Positions 58,796-64,000 of a stretch of DNA of 64,000 nt are shown in pieces (within the stretch, counting starts at the first letter, position 1; each line of letters starts with the position of its first letter). The notes under the pieces were generated by a model, which searched no databases, was not told the DNA's origin, and saw only the letters and a list, made by a program, of their open reading frames with translations. This DNA comes from an uncultured Fibrobacteria bacterium (lineage in GTDB: Bacteria > Fibrobacterota > Fibrobacteria > UBA11236). A program made the position numbers and the translations under genes. The DNA lies in contig OY970309.1 in NCBI GenBank assembly GCA_963716395.1, forward strand, positions 1,152,001 to 1,216,000, written 5' to 3'.

Positions 58796-59163
58796 GGCGA
58801 TTCCCGGCACAGGGCTTCGACCAAAGCGCGGGCGCTGGCCCGGAATTGGGCGCGGGTGGATTGCAGGGCCTGATCCGAAACTTCGAACACCACCCACGCC
58901 GGGGTCGAAAGCTGCGGACGCGCCTGGCGGAATGTTTCGCGCAAAAGGCGACGAAAGGTGTTGCGCTGAACGGCATGGCCCGAGCGCTTGCGCACCACGA
59001 AGCCGATACGGCTTTCATCGATTCCCGGGCCCCGGGCATAACGCATGGCCAGGGGAAAACTTCGCATCAAGCGTCCTTCGGCCTTGATACGCCGGTACAT
59101 TTCCGGCGAATCCAGGCGAGCGGTGCGCAACGAAAGTTTGTGCGAAGGCGGGGAAGCGTTCAA
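58792..59163 (-). CDS. rnpA: Ribonuclease P protein component
   Basis: RIGFVVRKRSGHAVQRN.FRRLLRE motif; position between rpmH and yidD. Confidence 0.88.
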   Translation of the reverse strand: MNASPPSHKLSLRTARLDSPEMYRRIKAEGRLMRSFPLAMRYARGPGIDESRIGFVVRKRSGHAVQRNTFRRLLRETFRQARPQLSTPAWVVFEVSDQALQSTRAQFRASARALVEALCRESP

Positions 59164-59187
59164 AAGAAGAAAGCGGCTAAATGTCCT

Positions 59188-59349
59188 CTAAATATCCTTA
59201 TGGGCCATGGAATCGCTGACCGTCAATTTCCAGCGTCCTTTGGCCCGGCGCCGCGCAAGCACTTGGCGTCCGTCTTTATCGGCCATGCGGGCGCGAAATC
59301 CGTGCTTGTTCACCCGCTTGCGATTGCGGGGCTGAAAGGTTCTTTTCAT
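59188..59349 (-). CDS. rpmH: 50S ribosomal protein L34 (absent from the ORF track)
   Basis: Own translation [53 protein letters not shown]. Confidence 0.97.
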   Translation of the reverse strand: MKRTFQPRNRKRVNKHGFRARMADKDGRQVLARRRAKGRWKLTVSDSMAHKDI

Positions 59350-59484
59350 GATGGAATCCTGTAAAAAGAGGACTCAATTTACATCCTTAAACCCTTTGGA
59401 TTCAAGGCCCTGTACGGCGTTCACGCCGGAATTTTCCCGAATTGCAGAGATTGTGAAACGATTTTTAAATCCTTTGGCAAGGCG

Positions 59485-60399
59485 GTGTTGGTTTTGCAGT
59501 TGATTTCCAGGAATTCTTCAGCGCTTTCCGCAAGCGCGCAAACTTCTCGACGCGCAAACTTTTGGGTCGATCGACTGGCCTCGGTTTTGGGAGGCCTGCT
59601 GTGGGCGACGGGATTCCGCCGTCGGGTCATGGCGCGGAATGCGAAACTCATGGGTTTCGCCGGCGAGCCGCGTTTGCGGCAAAGGCTGTGTTGCGCTGCC
59701 GCGCGCGATGTCTGTGCTCTCATCCCCGGGCGGAATTTTTCGCTGCCGCTCGTTGCGGGAGAAGCCTGTTTGCGGGCCATGCAAACCCAATCGTCGCTGC
59801 TGCTCACGGCGCATTTTCATAATTGGGAGCGCATGGGCGGAGAATTAATTCGCCGCAACGTCCCGTTGCTTTCGGCGGCTTTGCCATTGCGCCAGCCTGC
59901 AGCCGAACGCCTGCTGCAGCACCTGCGGCGGCGGCTGGGGGTGAAGACGGTGTCGCAAGACGTTCCACGGGCGGCCCTGCGCCACCTCGAAGCGGGCCGC
60001 TGCTTCGCCCTGCTCTGGGACCAGCACGCACCGCGCTCCCCTTACGAGGGGACTTTTTTCGGACTGCAAGTGAAGATGAATCCGTTGCCCTACTTTCTTC
60101 TGCGCCGTCACCCCTGTCCGGTTTTTTTCGGTGTGCCCTTGCCCGACGGAAGCTGGCGGTTGTTGCCTTTGCTGCGGACCCGGGAAAAGGGTTGGGAAAA
60201 AAAATTGACCCGTCGTTATCACCGCGTACTCGAGGTTTTGATCCGCCGCCACCCCGAATACGGATATGTTTTTTTCCACGCCCGTTTCAAAAACTTGGCC
60301 CCCTACCCGGGTCATCGCTCTACCGCGCCGGGATTCTTCAGTAACTTATGGAACAGGAAAATGTTCCCCTCCCTCCCCGCCCCCCGGATGCGCCCTTGA
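59485..60399 (+). CDS. Lipid A/lysophospholipid acyltransferase family (LpxL-like)
   Basis: LLTAHFHNWE, LLWDQ, FFG and IRRHPE motifs; start uncertain. Confidence 0.7.
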   Translation: MLVLQLISRNSSALSASAQTSRRANFWVDRLASVLGGLLWATGFRRRVMARNAKLMGFAGEPRLRQRLCCAAARDVCALIPGRNFSLPLVAGEACLRAMQTQSSLLLTAHFHNWERMGGELIRRNVPLLSAALPLRQPAAERLLQHLRRRLGVKTVSQDVPRAALRHLEAGRCFALLWDQHAPRSPYEGTFFGLQVKMNPLPYFLLRRHPCPVFFGVPLPDGSWRLLPLLRTREKGWEKKLTRRYHRVLEVLIRRHPEYGYVFFHARFKNLAPYPGHRSTAPGFFSNLWNRKMFPSLPAPRMRP

Positions 60400-60668
60400 A
60401 GTCACCTCCACGCATCCATCCTTTTTTGCCCACGGTTTCCCTGGTGCTGCTGGGCGTGGCCGTTGCCGGAGGATATTTTCTTCGCCATGCCGGGGCACAA
60501 CCCGCCATAGCCCCGCATCGCAGCAGCGTCGTGATGGTAATTGCCATTTCCTTGCTCTTCGGCGGCGGTGTGGCCTTTTGGCTGCGCCGTTTCGGTCTCC
60601 GCTATCCCTGGATTGCCGCTTTGGTGTCCACGGTTTTGGTGCTGGGGTTGTGGTGGTGGCCGCATTAA
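60348..60668 (+). CDS. Hypothetical 3-TM membrane protein
   Basis: Three hydrophobic segments. Confidence 0.5.
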   Translation: MEQENVPLPPRPPDAPLKSPPRIHPFLPTVSLVLLGVAVAGGYFLRHAGAQPAIAPHRSSVVMVIAISLLFGGGVAFWLRRFGLRYPWIAALVSTVLVLGLWWWPH

Positions 60669-60742
60669 TCAAACCTCCCGGCAAGACCACATTGCTTTGA
60701 GCTAAAATTTCGGTGTTCTGGATTTGAAACCGAGGAACGCAA

Positions 60743-61327
60743 ATGGAGTGGAGCGCGGTAATTTGGTTGGCGGTGGCGGTGATCGCGGTGGCCGCTGTGG
60801 CCGTGGGGGTACTCGGCGCTTCGCGCCGGCGCGCTCCATCGACCCCCCCGCAAGGGGAACCCGCGCCCATCTATACCAGCGGCGTCTTCTCGCTGATCCG
60901 CAAATCACCCCGCCAATCCGTGTTGGCCCGAGTTCCGGATCTCGAATCGGTGCACGCCGTACTGCGAACCGAGCCCGCGTATGGGCGCGCCAATGGAACC
61001 GCCGAACAATACCGCGATCACTGGGTACGTATGGCGAATCTTTGTATTAGTAACGTCGAACACGGAGACAAACAGGGCATCCAGACTTACTGTTATGCGG
61101 TGCCGGAGCAATGCCAGGCCACATGCGGGCGTTTCGGCGGCGACGCATATGTGACGCGGGATCAACTGCACCATCAGCCGCTGTTGATTCCGCCCTTCCA
61201 TCTCGGCTGCGCGTGCGAAATAAAACCACGCGAAGCCTGGCAGGGAGGATCCGGTGGCTGGTCTCCCATTCTGCCCGTGAACGGCCAGTACGATACGCCG
61301 GATTGGAGAACCGTTGTCCGCCTTTAG
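60743..61327 (+). CDS. Hypothetical membrane-anchored protein with Cys/His motif
   Basis: N-terminal TM; C-x3-C ... PPFHLGCAC. Confidence 0.7.
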   Translation: MEWSAVIWLAVAVIAVAAVAVGVLGASRRRAPSTPPQGEPAPIYTSGVFSLIRKSPRQSVLARVPDLESVHAVLRTEPAYGRANGTAEQYRDHWVRMANLCISNVEHGDKQGIQTYCYAVPEQCQATCGRFGGDAYVTRDQLHHQPLLIPPFHLGCACEIKPREAWQGGSGGWSPILPVNGQYDTPDWRTVVRL

Positions 61328-63752
61328 CGCCCGACCCTTTCGCGCCGCCGTCTTGACCTTCGCCTCCTTCGCCTTCCTGGCGGTGGAAGGCGTTCGCGGT
61401 CAGGAAGGATCGGCCGTGATTACCTTGGTCATGCCCGTGGGTGCCCGGCAATTGGGCATGGGTGAATCCGGTGTGGCGCTGGCCGACGATGTGTACGGAA
61501 CCTATTGGAATCCGGGCGGCTTGGCGTTCGGGCCGGTAGCCAACGAATGGCAGGTCATGCTTCCGCGCACCTATGAGCACGAAGGCGTGAAACTCAACCA
61601 CGATTTCACCGCCCTTGTCACCCGCCCGCGCACCGGCTTCCTGACCAAATCCGAAGTGTGGGCCGGCGCCAAGGACGGGCTGGTTTTCTACGACGGCAAG
61701 AATTGGCGCAGCAACTATGAATATGTGATGGAGCAAGGCGACAAGGTCGAGGCCGTGGTGCGACGCTATGCGGGCAGCGGGAAGAATTTGGATTCGCTGG
61801 TGGCCCGCGTGAAACGCTACAACCATTTGAAAACCGCCAAGGACGAAGCCGATCTGCTCACGTTGAGGCTTCCCTACAACCTGCTCTTTCCGGATCAGAC
61901 CGTGACGGCTTTGGCGCTCGACAATACCGATCGCTTATGGGTGGGAACGCCCATCGGTTTGTTCCGCTTCGACGGCCAGAGCTGGAAGTCTTTTGATGAA
62001 GAGGACGGATTCACCTACATCACCGACACCACGGCGGCGACCGCCGCCGACGCCATGGATACCCCCGATTCCACGGCGGTGAAGCCGGATACTTCCGCAT
62101 CCGCCCGTCCGGATTCAACGGCCCGCGCCGATTCACTCGGAAAAACGGCCGATTCGACCCGAGCCGCCGCCGCATCCGCCGACACGGCGGCGAAGAAAAG
62201 CCCCTATCGGCAACTGGCCATCACCGCGCTAGCCGTGAAAGGCACCAGCGTTTGGATCGGCACCAATGATGGATTGTACGAGTATGAGAAAAGTTCCATC
62301 GTACGACGCGGGGCGGATTTGCTGCCGACGCAATCCATCACTTCGATCGCCACGCATCCCGATGTCGACGAGGTGTATGTAGGCCTTTTGCACAAAGGTG
62401 TGGCCCGCTACCGCGCCCCGCGCATCGCGGGAGCGCCGGCGAAGTGGAGGCTCTTCACCGTCGCCGACGGTCTGCTCGATTCCAATGTGACCGAGGTGGT
62501 GTTGGACAAATACGGCCACGTGTATGCGGTGCATCCCGGCGGCGTCTCGCATTTCAATCTGCGCGATTGGGAGCGCTACCGCTTTCCCCAACAAAAGGTT
62601 CGGGGCGTGGCCGTCGACGAAGACAATCATGTCTGGATTGCCACCTCGGAGGGCGCCTGGAAACTGACGCCGGCGTATTCCACGCCCCGAGGCCGTTTGC
62701 TCACAGCGCGCGACACCTCGGCGCAAGCCGAGCGCAAAGGCATCGACCTGGTGCATTTTCATGTCGGCAACGGGTTGAGCAACGACGACGTGAGCGCGGT
62801 GCAAACCGAGGGCGGCGATATCTGGTTTCTCACCGGCGGCGGTATCGAACGCTACAACCGCGCCAAGTCGCAAGTGGGCTTTTTTTATGAAAGCCTGCTT
62901 CCCGTGCTTAACCTGCAGGACTTGTACCACGCCTTTATGGGCGCCACCTTTCCCATCGAAGAATGGGGGACCTTGGGCGGCTTCGTGAACTACGTTTCCT
63001 TCGGCCAAAACTTGCAAACCACCGCCGACGGCAGCACCCAATCCAATTTCGACGCCTACGAATTGGTGGCCGACCTCACCTATTCCACCCGGCTCAGTCA
63101 AAACGCGGGCCTCGGTGTGAACGCCAAATTCATTTATTCGGCTTTGAGCCAGGGCGTCACCTCGAGTGGGGAAAAATCCGACGGGATCGCCGCCAGCTAC
63201 GCGGTGGATTTGGGCTTCCTGCAGCACAATCTGGGGGGCATCAACGGGTTATCGCTGGGCGTCGTGATGCAAAACATGGGGCCGGCGGTATTCTATGTCG
63301 ATCAGGCCCAGTCCGATCCCATTCCCTTCACCTGGAAGATCGGCCTCGCCTACAACCTCATCAGCACGCCCAACCACCGCCTCACGGTCGAGACCGACGC
63401 CAACCGCGAGGCGTTCTACCGCTACGGCGATCAGGCCGCCCCGGTGTGGATCGGCGCCTGGAAGGAGTTGGTCTATCCCGGCGGCTCCGATCAGGGGTAT
63501 TCCGTGGCCGAGACGTGGATGCAGAATTTACGGCGTACGGTGTACGATATGGGCGCGGAGTACGTGTACGCCAAGGTGGTTGCGTTACGCGCGGGTTACC
63601 TGTACGATCAAAGCGGCCAACGTTACGAAGGCGATTTGGGGTTGGGCTTCATGCTGTCCGACATTCTGCAAATCGACGGAACCTTCATCAAATCGTTCAA
63701 CGCCGGCATCCGGAACGACCAGAAGCGCTTCAGCATGATTCTCAGGTTTTAG
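61314..63752 (+). CDS. PorV-family outer-membrane protein with inserted beta-propeller region
   Basis: PVGARQLGMGE.G.A.ADD....YWNPGGL N-terminal motif; internal W.GT..GL repeats; C-terminal barrel (K.IYS.L, AVDLG, QNMG, GAEY, LRAGY) ending in F. Confidence 0.8.
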   Translation: MSAFSARPFRAAVLTFASFAFLAVEGVRGQEGSAVITLVMPVGARQLGMGESGVALADDVYGTYWNPGGLAFGPVANEWQVMLPRTYEHEGVKLNHDFTALVTRPRTGFLTKSEVWAGAKDGLVFYDGKNWRSNYEYVMEQGDKVEAVVRRYAGSGKNLDSLVARVKRYNHLKTAKDEADLLTLRLPYNLLFPDQTVTALALDNTDRLWVGTPIGLFRFDGQSWKSFDEEDGFTYITDTTAATAADAMDTPDSTAVKPDTSASARPDSTARADSLGKTADSTRAAAASADTAAKKSPYRQLAITALAVKGTSVWIGTNDGLYEYEKSSIVRRGADLLPTQSITSIATHPDVDEVYVGLLHKGVARYRAPRIAGAPAKWRLFTVADGLLDSNVTEVVLDKYGHVYAVHPGGVSHFNLRDWERYRFPQQKVRGVAVDEDNHVWIATSEGAWKLTPAYSTPRGRLLTARDTSAQAERKGIDLVHFHVGNGLSNDDVSAVQTEGGDIWFLTGGGIERYNRAKSQVGFFYESLLPVLNLQDLYHAFMGATFPIEEWGTLGGFVNYVSFGQNLQTTADGSTQSNFDAYELVADLTYSTRLSQNAGLGVNAKFIYSALSQGVTSSGEKSDGIAASYAVDLGFLQHNLGGINGLSLGVVMQNMGPAVFYVDQAQSDPIPFTWKIGLAYNLISTPNHRLTVETDANREAFYRYGDQAAPVWIGAWKELVYPGGSDQGYSVAETWMQNLRRTVYDMGAEYVYAKVVALRAGYLYDQSGQRYEGDLGLGFMLSDILQIDGTFIKSFNAGIRNDQKRFSMILRF

Positions 63753-63843
63753 GAAGTCAGGCGCCGATGGTTCGCCGGCGAAAGTCCTGCGGCTGATCCC
63801 GGGCCGAGCGCGAGCGTCTCAGCCCACTGGTGGTATTCGGAAT

Positions 63844-64000
63844 TTATCCCGCTTGCGCCTGAAGAAGGGAAACCGCATCTTCCTGCGCTTTCGCTGCGGA
63901 AGCACGCGTGCGCGTTTTCGGCTTTTCGCCGGCACCGGTCAGAGCCCGCAGCCCGCGGTGCTTTTCATAGCGCTGCATGAGTCGATACACATAGGCGACC
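63844..64000 (-). CDS. Probable 3' end of a gene entering from beyond the window
   Basis: Open minus frame VAYVYRLMQRYEKHRG...AQAG* ending at 63844. Confidence 0.35.
   Translation of the reverse strand, partial: VAYVYRLMQRYEKHRGLRALTGAGEKPKTRTRASAAKAQEDAVSLLQAQAG

Noticed and set aside
59350-59484. oriC/dnaA expected beside rpmH-rnpA-yidD-yidC-mnmE
   Set aside because: No dnaA gene and no TTATCCACA-type boxes seen; the neighbour is an acyltransferase
1-64000. tRNA, rRNA or CRISPR array
   Set aside because: No cloverleaf, rRNA-like tract, repeat-spacer array or cas gene recognised by eye

Overview
GC-rich bacterial chromosomal segment. PorV-like genes, T9SS-style C-terminal sorting tails, secreted GH5/GH44 glucanases and flgB suggest an FCB-group organism, possibly Fibrobacterota (inference). 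Most of the window is housekeeping or metabolic: galT'-galK-SSS, clpB, flgB, pyk, gcvH, murD, clpS, HU/IHF, oppD/F-type ATPases, vapBC, ebo-like genes, crp/fnr and mnmE-yidC-yidD-rnpA-rpmH. The main find is an ~11.1-kb island (24913-36012) with no integrase, bounded by a 267-bp direct repeat lying inside a PQQ-sugar-dehydrogenase gene, which swaps that gene's C-terminal tail. The island carries a PAAR-tipped polymorphic toxin (PAAR, TTR-like domains, M23 tip). Four orphan or decayed toxin modules follow, all from peptidoglycan-hydrolase families (TIGR02594, Tae3, Tae3 remnant, IS5-fused TIGR02594), with four unrelated signal-peptide immunity candidates. Three of the orphan modules share the junction motif GA(A/A)(A/G)GCGGCGG (Lys-Ala-Ala) with the parent gene. 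Secondary finds: an ebo-like cluster with a BtrC/DOI-synthase-like cyclase, matching CRP-type boxes upstream of crp and the PAAR gene, and a PorV split by a large propeller insertion. All family calls are from motif recognition by eye; no searches were run.
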